A stretch of 64,000 bases of DNA from Octopus sinensis (Eukaryota): assembly GCF_006345805.1 (NCBI RefSeq), contig NC_043019.1, forward strand, positions 14,693,360-14,757,359, written 5' to 3'. Shown one piece after another: positions 34,143 through 48,400 of this stretch (position 1 is the first letter of the stretch; every line of letters starts with the position of its first letter). Made by a program: the position numbers and the translations under genes. The notes beneath the pieces were generated by a model. That model worked only from the letters and a program-made list of their open reading frames with translations. It ran no database searches and was not told the origin of the DNA.

Positions 34143-37100
34143 CTGAGATAGAAGAGAAGGAGGAAAAAAAAAATGAAGAGAGAAATGCATAAAACAGAAT
34201 CAAAATTATCTCTGGAGATATGCTGTGACTGCAAAGACCCGACAAATAATGTGAGTTCATGGCTGCTTCCTGCACCAGTTTCGCATAGCCCCAGCCCGTC
34301 CAAAGTACCTTGGATTGCAGAATGACCTGCTGTGCTTACCTTGGATCATAGAGTAACCTGCTGTACTGGAGGAGACCTATTGAGTCAAGTACATCAACAT
34401 CGAAATAAATATCAAATGGAAATTGTAGTTACGATACCTGTCCCGGCGGCACGTAAAAAGCACCATCCAAACGTGACCGATGCCAGCGCCGCCTTGACTG
34501 GCTTCTGTGCTGGTGGCACGTAAAAAGCACCCACTACACTCACAGAATGGTTGGCATTAGGAAGGGCATCCAGCTGTAGAAACACTGCCAGATCAGACTG
34601 GAGCCTGGTGCAGCCTCCTGGCATCCCAGACCCCAGTCGAACCATCCAACTCATGCTAGCACAGAAAACGGACGTTAAACGATGATGATGATGAAGTGAG
34701 GAGGGAATTGAAATGTAAATAATTCAGGTCAGGTATAGGGCCATGTGGTGGTACCTCCACCATGGAGGCATGTGCTATTGCCTCCAAGAAATCTCCCAGT
34801 CAATCTCCATCTCAGCAAGATACTTCCTCATCTGCTGTGACAAAGAGGCATGTGGCCGACCAGCATGAGCCATCACCGTAGCGAGATCCTCAGAGAAGAG
34901 CATACAAGAAGCAGGATCCAACTCGGAAGATCAAGCGACATGACCAAACGGTCTAAGGGTTAGAGTTAGGATCATTCAAGTAACAGGATGAATCCCAATT
35001 TACAAGTATAGCCATTGGTTGAATATGGAACCCAACTCATCTTTCTTGGGCACAGTTCTTTCCCAACCCCACCCCACCCCACCTAATTACATTATCCTGT
35101 GTGTTCTCTATTTTTCAAGAGAGTAGGATCTGATCTGAGGGGAGATTTGGTTGCTATTTCTAGCAGATCGAGCAACCATGTAGAAGCTCCCCTGATGGCT
35201 CTCCTGCACATTATGTCTCATGTGAAGCTGACTGAGGCCCCTCACAGTAACAACAACAACAACAATTATGAACTGCTACTTACCACAAGGAACAACTTTC
35301 CGCTTAATTTTCCTGGATTCTTTGGGAGCTACAGTGGGAACTTTTAATACCTATCAAACAGAAAGAAAAACAATATTAGAAAAAAAAAAATATATATATA
35401 TAGGCGCAGGAGTGGCTGTGTGGTAAGTAGCTTGCTTACCAACCACATGGTTCCGGGTTCAGTCCCACTGCGTTGCACCTTGGGCAAGTGTCTTCAACTA
35501 TAGCCTCGGGCCGACCAGAGCCTTGTGAGTGGATTTGGTAGACGGAAACTGAAAGAAGCCCATTGTGTGTGTGTGTGTATGTCTGTGTTTGTCCCCCTAG
35601 CATTGCTTGACAACCGATGCTGGTGTGTTTATGTCCCCGTCACTTAGCAGTTCGGCAAAAGAGACCGATAAAATAAGTGCTGGGCTTACAAAGAATGTCC
35701 CGGGGTCGAGTTGCACGACTAAAGGCAGTGCTCCAGCATGGCCGCAGTCAAATGATTGAAACAAGTAAAAGGGTAAAGGGTATATATATATATAAACCAT
35801 CATATTATTTCAAACAAGAAAACAAAGTACAACAGGCACAGACATGGCTGTATGGTTAAGGCACTTGCTTTCCAACCATGTGGTCTTTGGTTCAAACCCA
35901 CTGCATGGCACTTTGGGCAAGTGCCTTCCACTATAGCTCCAGCCAACCGAAGACGTCTGAGTGGATTTCAAAGACAGAATTTGATAAGAAGCTTGCCATA
36001 TATGTGTTTGTGTGTATGTGTGTGTGTCTATATATAAATATATATATTTATAATCATCATCATTTAATGTCTGCTGTCCATGTTGGCATGGGCTGGACGG
36101 TTTGACCAGAGCTGGTAACCTGGGTGGGGGCTGCACCAGACTCCAGCCTGGTTTGGCATAGTTTCTACTGCTGGACACCTTTCCTAAGGACAACCACTTT
36201 ACAGAGTGTGCTGGGTGCTTTTACACCACAAGCAAGATCTTAATACTTCTACTGTAAGGTGTCTGTATGTGTGTGTGTACATATATATATATAATGCTAT
36301 TGCGCCTGCGATCCACCTATGTCACTGCTGGTGATATCATCAATTTTAAAATTTATCCACAGATAATACAAACAGTAGTGACATCTGATTTCAAATCTCA
36401 GTGTTTGAATGCTTTGCTTATACATACATACATACATACAAATATATATATATATATATATAATATATATATATATATACAAACACACAAACAATATATA
36501 CATATGTATACATATACACACACAAACAATATATACATATGTATACATACACATACAAACAATATTATATACATATGCATACATACACACACATACATAC
36601 ATACAGAGAGAGAGAGAGATTGCTTGAAGTGATGTACAGATTTCACATTAAGAAAAAGGAGGTGGTCAGAATTTTGGATAATTAAGTATGTATATTATAT
36701 ATATTGTATGTGTGTGTGTTTGTCTATATATATATGTGTGTGTGTGTACATACATACACACATACAAATTCATATATGATTATACATACATGCAGTTGTG
36801 TGTAGCTTCTATACTACCCACCGTTACGCAATCTAGGTAAATATAAACCAAATACTTACATGTGTGCGCACATCATCATCGTCATCACCGTCATCACCAC
36901 CATCATCATCATAATCACAACCAGAATTGTTATTACTATTAATCCAACCTAGAAAAACGTTATTGGAAAAAGGGGGGGAAAAAAAAATAAAGAGATTTTA
37001 GAACCGAATAATGAATGAATGCTTGTAGTTGGAGGTAAGAAACAGGTGCCGGGAGACGAAGAACAGAGACCAAACATGTCATGGCTCGCAGGGACAGTAC

Positions 37101-39071
37101 CAAACGAGAGACAAACATAGCACAGGAGAAAAAGAGGTGTTTTCTCAACTCTCATAAATTTAAACACAAGTGGTTTATTATTATTATTTTTTTTTTAATA
37201 CTGATGATTTTCTATCAGCATTCAAGAAAAGCAAAAATAGCAATATAAAACTGGTACAGCTCTCTAAATCATCAGCTCCAGTCAAACCGTCTAACCCATG
37301 CCAGCATGGAGAGTGGACTTTAAATGATGATGAGGATCTGGGTGTGGCTGTGTGGTAAGAAGCTTGCTTCCCACCCACATGGTTCCATGTTCAATCCCAC
37401 TGCGTTGTACCTCGAGCAAAGTGTCTTCTGCCAAAGCCTTGTGAGTGGATTTGGTAGACGGAAACCGAAAGAAGCCTGTTGTGTGTGTATATATATATAT
37501 ATATATACATACATACATGTAAATGTTTGTGTGTGTGTGTGTTTGTCATTCGACTCCAGCATGGCCACAGCCAAATGACTGAAACAAATAAAAGAATATA
37601 TATATATATATACATAGGCACAGGAGTGGCTGTGTGGTAAGTAGCTTGCTTATAAACCACGTGGTTCCAGGTTCAGTCCCACTGCATGGTACCTTGGGCA
37701 TTGTTCTAATCCCTTCCTCAAATATATATATACTCTCTACTCTCTTTTACTCTTTTACTTGTTTCAGTCATTTGCCCAAAGTACCATGCAGTGGGATTGA
37801 ACCTGGAACCATGTGGGTGAGAAGCAAGCTTCTTACCACACAGCCACACCCAGATCTTCATCCTCATTTAACGTCCACTCCCCATGCTGGCATGGGTTAG
37901 ACGGTTTGACCGGAGCTGATGAGTTGGAGAGCTGTACCAGGTTCCAGTCTAATTTGGCATGGCTTCTACAGCTGGATGCCCTTCCTAACGCCAACCACTT
38001 CAGGAGTGTAATGGGTGCTCTTACATGCGACCGGCATGGGTGCCATTTACCTGATACCAGCAATGATCACGAGGATTCACGGATGGGTACCATTTAATGG
38101 CACCGACAACAACCATGACTATGAGTCATGTGTGGGTGCCATATCTTTTATCTTTTACTTGTTTCAGTCATTTGACTGTGGCCATGCTGGGGCATCGCCT
38201 TGAAAGGTTTTTTTAGTCAAACAAATCATTAACTCCTCCAGGAATGTACTTTTTTTAAAGCCTGGTACTCATTGCTGAACCGCTAAGTTATGGGGAAGCA
38301 AACACGTGTGTATGTGTGCACATACGTGTGTTTGTGTGTACCCCTGACAAGACATCATGTGATGGTTGTCAACAAACAATCATCTTCATACAAACAGGGT
38401 TGTTCATTTCAACATGTGTAGCTGGGGAGGTGGATGTTACCTCACTTGGAAACAGGTGAGGGTTGACAACAGGCATCCGAGTCTAGAAAATTAGCCACAG
38501 CAAATTCCCTCTGACCCAGGCCAGCAAGGGAAAGGGGATGCTAAGTGATGATAATGATGATGCAAATGACGATGATGATGATGATGATGATGATGATGAC
38601 AGCAAAAGGCCAGACACTTGTAGGGAGATACAGATGGTTAGAAATGACTTGAGTTATTATTTTACTAATCTCACCATGACCACCACAAAGATAAAAGCAA
38701 AGTTGACCCACCACCACCACCGCTACCACCAGCTGGGTTTGAACTCAGAACACGGAGGGACAAAACTTATAGACTGCAAAGGTGTTCAGTCAGCTCTAAA
38801 TTATAGTTCAGCTAATATAATTAGCAGTGTGTGTCTCCATCGTTGATCGCCCCTGCCCTCTGTCACAAACATCAAAAGTAATTAGTTGCTATTGTCATTT
38901 CTGTCTGAATTCCCAGCTGTCTGGTTAGCTGAATACACTTAACTGTTCATGTATAAACTGTGTCTGTCTGTCTGTCTGTAAGTATGTACGTATGCATGAT
39001 GATCAGAAACAAGTCTAAGCCCTGGAAAGTGGAACCTTTCAGTTTATCTCTCCTTGTTTCTTTTCTGTGTA

Positions 39072-39109
39072 TCTTTCTGTCGAAGAGCGTAGGCTCGAAA
39101 CGTAAAAGA
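39072..39109 (+). ncRNA. Minimal hammerhead-like motif with CTGTCGA core
   Basis: tcttt-CTGTCGA-A-gagc gtag gctc-GAA-ACGT-A-aaaga. Confidence 0.45.
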
Positions 39110-39435
39110 CTTGTTCTATTTCTATTCCTGAGTGCCATACTAATACATTTGTTTGTTTGTACTCCACCTGCCTTCGTCTTTTGTTTATTTTCGTAAACCT
39201 TCCCGTTTTATATATATATATATATATGATATATGATGTATAAAAACATGTAATATACAAATAAATATCTGTAAATATAAAACCATCTGAATTTCTGAGT
39301 ACCTCATTTCTTCTAATATAAAATACCTGTACATTATCTCCAAACCTTCTAATATATATATATATGTGACCGCGTGTGTACCGTTGGCGATTTTTTCCCT
39401 CTGTCTTCCCTTCTCTGGATCTTTCCTTCTCCTAT

Positions 39436-39470
39436 GTTTCCGACGAAGAGCTCCGCTCGAAACGTTAAAC
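39436..39470 (+). ncRNA. Minimal type I hammerhead-like motif (Penelope/retrozyme type)
   Basis: gttt-CCGACGA-A-gagc tcc gctc-GAA-ACGT-T-aaac. Confidence 0.55.
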
Positions 39471-39558
39471 CCTCCTTCTTTCCTGAGCGTCCAATAATAC
39501 TATATTTGTTCCACGTCCTCGCGTTGTTGTGTTTTTTTGTGCTTTCTTGTTTGGATTA

Positions 39559-39596
<38 letters not shown>

Positions 39597-40882
39597 GGTG
39601 TAGGAGTGGCTGTGTAGTAAGTATCTTGCTTACCAACCACATGGTTCCGGGTTCAGTCCCACTGCATGGCACTTTGGGCAAGTGTCTTCTATAATAGCAT
39701 CGGGCTGACCAAAGCCTTGTGAGTGGATCTGGTAGACGAAAACTGAAAGAAGCCCATCGTATATATGTGTGTGTATATATATGTATGTATGTATGTATAT
39801 GTTTGTGTGTCTGTGTTTGTCCTCCCAACATTGCTTGACAACTGATGTTGGTGTGTTTACATCCCCGTAACTTAGCAGTTCGGCAAAATCGACCAATAGA
39901 ATAAGTACTAGGTTGACAAAGAATAAATCCTGGGGTCGATTTGGTTGACTAAAGGCAGTGCTCCAGCGTGGCCACTGTCAAATGACTGAAACAAATAAAA
40001 GAATAAACGAATGTATGTACATAATATATCATCATTGTCAACATTTAACGTCTGTTGTTCATGCTAGCATGGTTTGGACGGTGTGACCAAAGCTAGCAAG
40101 CCAGATTTGGGGGGGGGATGTTGCATCAGACTCCAGTTTGTTTTGACATGGTCTCTACAGCTGGATGCCCTTCCTAAGGCCAACCATTTTACCAAGTGTA
40201 CTGGGTGCTTTTCGTGACACCACACAGGCACTTTTACATGGCACCACACAGGTGCTTTTATGTGACACTGCACAGATGCCTTTATGTGACGCCCTGTATG
40301 TATGTAGGTGTGCATATATATATATATATCATCATCATCATCATCATCATCATCATGATATATATATATATATGCACACCTACATACATACAGTATATAT
40401 ATATATAGAAGTAAATATATGGCACAACGAAGTACCGATATTATATATATATATATCTTATACATAAATGGCAATTTCTGTCTGTCTATCTGTTACCATC
40501 TTGGTGCCTACACCAGTGAACCAACCTTGACAAAACTTTGCATACATGTTAAACTAAAATCCAGTTGAATTACAGGCTAATTGGATTTCAATAAAAATCT
40601 ATAATGGGGGCCCCTCTGGTGGTGTGTGTGGGGTGGCATTTCCCAGTATTACAGGTCAACTCATTTTTACTCGCTTGGGCTATTATTTGATAAAATGAGA
40701 AGGATGCAAGAGTGTTAGTGTGAGGGGAAATATGGTGGCATAGTGAGTGTAGCTGACATCAGGGAAGGGGAGGACAAAGTGGCGTAAGTGGCAATGGGAT
40801 GGTAACATTAATACAGTTGTTATTCAGGGATATACACACAATGCTGCACACATACTTTCGGAAATACATAGATACATGCAAG

Positions 40883-40916
<34 letters not shown>

Positions 40917-41494
40917 CATACATATATCTGTCTACTACACACCAGTGTATGTTTGTAAATGTGTGTGTGTGTTTGTGTGGGTTACATGCTTGTCTGTCTC
41001 TCTACTTTTGTAGGGTCTTCCCAGTTACTACTACATATTGTGAAATTTCTAAATTATGTCAAAATTTTAAAATTTGGTGTATTGAAATGATTTTCCACGT
41101 TAAATCAGATTTTATTATTGATTTATTACAGAAAAATGTTACTGAGGTTTAAAGTTTAATCAATTTTACTTAATCAGAAAACAGGATTTGGAAGCTGGAA
41201 TTTTCTACATGATAGCTATCACAAAATGAAAGCAAAGCATTACGACAACTAAAGTTGTCAGAACTTCTGAAGTTTTGATAAGTTTTAATGAATGAAGTCA
41301 TGTGGAACGGTTGAACAGACATGTGAATAATTTAAAAAGGAAAAAAATCCTCAACAAAGTTTTTTTGTCAAAAAATCTGTTTTGACCAAGAGGCCTTTCT
41401 CTCAGGGAAGGAATGGTCTGACATGGAATTAAACAAAAACTTACAGAAGACGTTCTATTGTAAAAATTGCCCAGCAATGACAGGCTATTCAGCT

Positions 41495-41532
<38 letters not shown>

Positions 41533-43972
41533 CATATAGATATATGCATACACAATTTCATGTATGTATGTATGTATGTATATACATATATAAATTATAT
41601 ATACACACATACATGTATGTATGTATGTATCAGTTATAATAGGTGTCTATTACTAATAACTCTGGAGGACAAACTTCTCTCTCTCTCCCTCTCTCTTTCT
41701 CTCTTTACAAGTCCCATGCATATGGGAAAACCTACTTTTTTCCATCAAGGACTTATAGGCCCCATTATTAGACTATTTTCTTTAGTCATTGCACGGTGAT
41801 GACTTATAAGCTTAAAGCTTATAAAATACTATTATTACCTTTTTACAGATTATGTATACACACACACACACATATATATACATGTATGTACATTTATACA
41901 TATCTCTATTTACCAAATTCATTCACAGAGCATTGGTTGACCCAGGGCCACAATAGAAGACACTTGCCCAAGGTACCCCACAATGGGGATTGAACCCAAA
42001 AGTGTTTTCCTTAATCACACAGCTTTGCCTCTGCCCATACACTATAAATAAATGATACAAAAGAACATACATTGTATTCAATGAAGTCCTTTCAATGCAT
42101 TATGCTGAAAGTAAATTAACTACAACTATGGATATTTATTACCTATAGAAAACGCACAGGTATTCACGAGTACAAAAAATAAATAAATAATTAACCTCTT
42201 TTTGTTTGTATTTAGTATTTTTGCAGAGAGAGAGAACGGGAGAGAGAAGTTAGTCGTCCAGAGTTATTAGTAACAGACACCTATTATAACTGATATTAGT
42301 AAACCCGTCACAGAGGGATAATAAATAGCCCTGGCCAATTCCCAATACGCTATTTTGAATGACATTATTAGAAGGGACCTTGATGCGGCTGGCTCCCTGT
42401 TCTGACTGCAGGGACAGTGAGCTCCCCCAACAGAATAACCCTCTTCCCATTCGAGGAAAAACAGATCCTTTGTCTGGGACATGACGTGCAGTAGCACATA
42501 CTCCGACTTTGCTGCACTGGCTACAAACCCAAGTATTGCCCACCCGTAAATGCAGAAGAGAGAAAAGCAAATAAATACAGACACCTGACCCTGTATTTAT
42601 TTATCGGTTGTGCCAATTTACACCCCTATCAGTTTATGCTGGTCACCATTGAGACCTCAAGTTTTCTTGGACCCCAACTACCAATTTCTTGTGCAAAACC
42701 AGGATAACAAGGGCCTGTCCGAGAAATGAGCCCCACAAGGTGGAGTGGCTACTCTAGCAACGCCATCATGATTATGACCACAGGACGTGGTTGAGCACAC
42801 CATTTGTTCTGGGGGTGCATGGACCATCATCACCTCCCTCTCTTCTATCTACTGCTTAATTCCCTCTGCTTTTTTTTCTTTTTCTTTGTTTCCTTGTAAT
42901 TGTAATTAAAAAAAATAATCGGTGACCCTTTGGTCACGAATGACTATGGGATTGCACCTAGAAAGTTACCCTCCGAGGCACAAGTCCAGGCAAGGTTGTT
43001 TACGGAAGGCCAGCAGCCGCCCATGCATACCAGCCTCCTCTCTCCACGCCACCGATGTTATCCAAGGGAAAGGCGAAGGGACCGATAGGGCTTGGCACCA
43101 GTGACGTAGCAACTCGTTTCTACAGCTGAGTGAACTGGAGCAACGTGAAGTAAAGTGTCTTGCTGAAGAACACAACACGCAGCCCAGTCCGGGATTCAAA
43201 CTCACAACCTCAAGGTCGTAAGTTCAACGCTCTAACCACTGAGCTATGCACCTTCACAAAATAATAATAATAATAAAGCAACATAAATATGAAAGCTATC
43301 AACACAGGTATAAACATGTTGACTCTCCTCCACACATATGCACAGGAGGATAATCAGTGCAAACAAAGACTATAATGAATAAGGTGAGTATCAGGTAACC
43401 CTTTTCTTCTCGTTAGTTAAACGAGTTTACTTACAAACGAATGAAATATAATAATTGATGAATAATTCATCAGTCTTTTGAAAGAGAACCAATCTGGGAA
43501 AGAGGAGGCGGGGGGGAGCTAGTGAGTGAGAAATTCCAAAGAAACAATATAATGAATAAAGGAAGGTGTGAGAGAAAGAGAGAGATAGATTGATAAGGTG
43601 GAGGGGAGAGGAAGGAGACAGACAGAGAAGGTGGGGAGAGAGACAAGATAGGCTGAGAGAATTTTACAGTGCTGTAAAAACAGGTCAATTTTTGTTGACA
43701 TAGTCAAATTGAGCGTGGTGGTTGCCAGTGCCGCCGCTGGACTGGTTCCCGTGCAGGTAGCACGTAGAAAACACCTTTTGAGCATATGGTCGTTGCCAGT
43801 ACTGCCTGGCTAGGCCCTCGTGCTGGTGGCATGTAAAAGCATCCACTGTTCTTTGTAAGCCTAGTACTTATCCTATCGGTCTCTTTTGCCAAACTGCTAA
43901 GCTACAGGGATATAAACACACCAACACTGGTTGTCAAGCAATAGTGGGAGTACCCTACACAAACACACACAC

Positions 43973-44012
<40 letters not shown>

Positions 44013-45133
44013 ATATATATATATATAATATATATATATACACATACACACACGATGGGCTTCTTTCAGTTTCTTCCTGCCTATCAATCCACTCACAAGG
44101 CTTTGGTCGGCCCGAAGCTATAGTAGAAGACACTCGCCCAAGATGCTATGTAGTGGGACTGATGCCGGAACCATGTGGTTGGTAAGCAAGCTACTTATCA
44201 CACAGTCACTCATGCGCCTATATATGCATTTATATATCATAAATTTGTTCGTTTTTACAACAAAAGTATTATTGCAAAGTTTAATTATATTTCGAGTTCA
44301 TTGCTCAAAGTGTCACTCACAACTCAGGGGTCTTCAGTAGAAGTGATTATGTGAACTCACGAGAGAGAGAGGGAGGAAAAGAGAGAGATTGAGGCTATGC
44401 GTGAGAAAAGAAATAAAATGTAATGAATTTTTCCCAATGTTATAGCTATAATTATTCATTTGCATTTATCTGCATAGTAATAACAAAGTAATTAAATAAT
44501 AATATCAGAGGTTGCTTTTTTTTTTCTTTCTATGTCAACATTTAATAATGGGATTGACTGATAGGATAGCCCATATAATATGACTTGGTGATGGTGAGTG
44601 GGTGTGTTGGTCAAGGAGAAAACCATTTCTCTTTCTCTCTCTTTTACTTGTTTCAGTCATTTGACTGCGGCCATGCTGGAGCACCGCCTTTAATCAGGCA
44701 AATCGACCCCGGGACTTATTCTTTTGTAAGCCCAGTACTTATTCTATCGGTCTCTTTTGCCGAACCGTTAAGTAACGGGGACATAAGCACACCAGCATCG
44801 GTTGTCAAGCAATGCTAGGGGGACAAACACAAACACACACATATATATATATATACATATATACAACGGGCTTCTTTCAGTTTCCGTCTACCAAATCCAC
44901 TCACAAGGCTTTGGTCGGCCCGAGGCTATAGTAGAAGACACTTGCCCAAGGTGCCACGCAGTGGGACTGAACCCGGAACCATGTGGTTGGTAAACAAGCT
45001 ACTTACCACACAGCCACTCCTGAGCATTTGTGATAAATAAGTTTGTAAACAGTTTGAATTCCTGGACGAAGCTATTTTATTTCTATTCACAGGAGAAAGG
45101 GATCACACAAATTTAGAAAATCATTATTATTAT

Positions 45134-45486
45134 TATTACCTCCGCCTTATTTTCAGTCGCGTTTGTTTGTTTGTCTGTGGACAAGATATCTCAAGAACTG
45201 CTGGATGGATTCAGATGAAACCTTCAGGAATGTTTGGCCTCATGACTGGCACGAACTGATTAGATTTGGGGATTGATCCGGTACCAGACAAGGATTCTGG
45301 ATTATTTTTCCGTTTTTTTTTTTACTTAATTTTTGACAGCGGTCAGCTTCATTTTTAGTATTCTTGTTTGTGAGAGCAGTTGAGTTTATTTCAGATATTC
45401 TCATTTTAAAAATCATCTCTGGCCAATCGTTCAGAGGACTATGGTGTTGCTTTGGCAGAGGTTTGCACTGTCTCAGTGCTCTTGTT
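45134..45486 (+). mobile_element. Helentron-associated non-autonomous (HINE/DINE-1-like) element
   Basis: Subterminal IRs acctccgcc (45138-45146) / ggcagaggt (45454-45462), 3' hairpin gcactg-tct-cagtgc, gtttgtttgtttgtctgt tract, T-rich flanks. Confidence 0.7.
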
Positions 45487-48400
45487 ATTATTATTATTAT
45501 TATCATCCAAATCCTGCCACGGTTAACTGTCTTTCATCCTTTTCGGGTCAGTGAAATAAGTACCAGCTGAGCATTGGGGTCAATGTAATCAACTAGCGCC
45601 CCTCCCCCAAAATGTCAGGCCTTGTGCCTTTTTGTAGAAAGGATTATTATTATTATTATTATTATTATTAAGGTGGCAAGCTGGGCAAAATGCTTAGCAG
45701 CATTTCATCTGCCTTCATGTCCTGAGTTCAAATTCCACCGAGGTTGACTTTGCTTTCATCCTTTCGGGGGGGTTCAATAAAATAAGTACCAGTTATGCAC
45801 TGAGGTCGATGTAATGGACTAGTCCCCTCCCTCAAAATTTCAGGCCTTCTGCCTTTAGCAGAAAGGATTATTATTATTATTATTATTAAGGCAGTAAGCT
45901 GGCAGTATTGTTAGCACACCAGGCAAAATGCTTAGCGGTATTTCATTCACCTTTATGTTCTGAGTTCAAATTCCGCTGAGGCCAAGGTCAACTTTACCTT
46001 TCAGGGTCGGTAAATTAAGTACCTATTTCTTTATTACCCACAAGGGGCTAAACAAGGACAGACAAATGATTAAGTCGATTACATCGACCCCAGTGCGTAA
46101 CTGGTACTTATTTAATCGACCCCGAAAGGATGAAAGGCAAAGTCGACCTCGGCAGAATTTGAACTCAAAATGTAACGGCAGACGAAATACGGCTACGCGT
46201 TTTGCCCGGCGTGCTAACGTTTCTGCCAGGTCACCGCCAGGGTCAGTAAATTAAGTACCAGTGAAAAAATGGGGTTGATGTAATCTATGTACCCCCTACT
46301 CCAAAATTTCAGGCCTTATGCCTAAAAAAGAAAGGGAAGAGGGGGAAAAAAAAAATCTATGGTTGTTAAGAAGAACTTAAAGTACTTTAGCAGTTATTTC
46401 CTGTGAAGTTTCACAAAGTGAACTATGTAGAAAGCTTATCAATAAAAGGCAACGCAAAATCCACTCCTTGATGAAGCAAAAAGGTAGGGAGAGGGAGCAG
46501 CGGAGATAGCTGAGAGAAAGAGCAATGAGTGCCGAGATTATTATAAGGATACTTTGAACTGTTTGTTTTTTTTTCAACACATTCCATGGCATTTTGACAA
46601 CTTTATCAACATTCCATTGAAAAATTTTCTTTCATGGAAACATTGAAGAAACTATTTGCCAATATAACATGGCAGTCCTGGTTAAGATGAATGCTACTAA
46701 CAAATGCATTCATCCTAACCAGGGCTGCCACGTAGGCGCAGGAGTGGCTGTGTGGTAAGTAGCTTGCCTACCAACCTAATGGTTCTGGGGTCATTCCCAC
46801 TGTGTGGCACCTTGGGCAGGTGTCTTCTACTATAGCCTCGGGCCGACCAAAGCCTTGTGAGTGGATTTGGTAGACGGAAACTGAAAGAAGCCCCTTCGTG
46901 TAAAAAGCACCCACTACACTCATGGAGTTGTTGGCGTTAGGAAGGGCATCCAGCCACAGAAACACTGCCAGATCAGACTGGAGCCTGGTGCAACCTCCTG
47001 GCTTCCCAGACCCCGGTCAAACCGTCCAACCCATGCTAGCATGGAAAACGGACGTTAAACAATGATGATGATATATATGTATGTGTGTGTATATGTTTGT
47101 GTGTCTGTGTTTGTCCCCACAACATCGCCTGACAACCGATGCTGGTGTGCAAAAGAGGCCGACAGAATAAGTACTGGCTTACAAAGAATAAGTCCTGGGG
47201 TCGATTTGCTCGACTAAAGGCGGTGCCCCAGCATGGCCGCAGTCAAATGACTGAAGCAAGTAAAAGAAGTAAAGAGTAATCGTTAGAGTGCTGTTATTGA
47301 ATGTCTCTCGTTGCAGCAGACAATGAGGCACAGTGCAGTCTTTAGGGGCCTATCGGATCCTTGTCAAACCGTCCAACTCAGCCAGCACAGAACGGACGCT
47401 CAACGATGGTGACAATGATGATGATGATGATATATAAGGTTGCTAGATAGAACTGCAGTTTTTGAAACCGATCTAGAGTCTATTGCTTGCAATTAATGTA
47501 CACACTCTTAGAGTTCTTATCCAAACTAGTTCTGCCAAAGAAAAATTGAAAAAAAAAAAAAAAAGCTTTGCTTCTTTCAGTAAACATCGTTTTAAAAAGG
47601 GAGAATGAAAAAATATCTGAATCTTATCACATCCATGCATTTTATAAGCAGCACCCATTCTAAATTTACCGTTCTTTTATTCACGCCCAAACAATTAGCG
47701 ACGCATCAATACCTTCTTCTTCTAGACACGAAATTATAATTCCCATAACTTATTTTTATGTGTGAAGAAATTAAGCGAGCTGAACAAATTTTACTTCTAA
47801 CCATGACCTCCATACTGAAATATTAGTGACTTGGCATTTTGTTGATGATAAATAATTAGAGATATAGTAAGATGGCATAGATTTAGGAATATATATACTA
47901 TGATTTATCCGAAATAATAAAGGGATTTATTAACCATAATAACAAAGCAGAAATAAGCGAAGTTATTAGAGTGTCGAATGGGTCTGGTTTTGAACCTTTG
48001 TAAGAAGTCAAATGTCTGTAGGTTTGGTGTATGTATGTATGTATGTAAGAATTTTGAAGAGTGTTTATTGTCCGTGTTTGTGGCAATTTACTCAAGTCCA
48101 CGTCCACAACTGTGAGTTCGAAACCCGCAGTTGTGAATTTGTCGGCACAAAGTTACAGACGTGGCTTCAAATGTTGAGAGACATACACGAAACTCTCGGC
48201 CTTTGAGTCAGTTTCGTAGCCATCTGCCGATTGTTTTATGGTTAATAAAACCCTTGGGATAAATCATTGTAGACATTCCCAAGGCTATGTCATCTTACTA
48301 TGTCCGAGACATCTCTTACAGCTGAAAATCAGTTCGCTAACGTTATCCAAGAGACACACACATGTAAAAATCGTCTCTAACAAGGCACAAGCGGGAATCG

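Noticed and set aside
42250-42584. ORFs of 105-106 aa on the minus strand
   Set aside because: No recognisable motif or good splice signals; the region overlaps a repeat.
46383-46470. Possible exon between exons 1 and 2
   Set aside because: Open only in phase 0-0, incompatible with the phase-1 junction, and the donor is weak.
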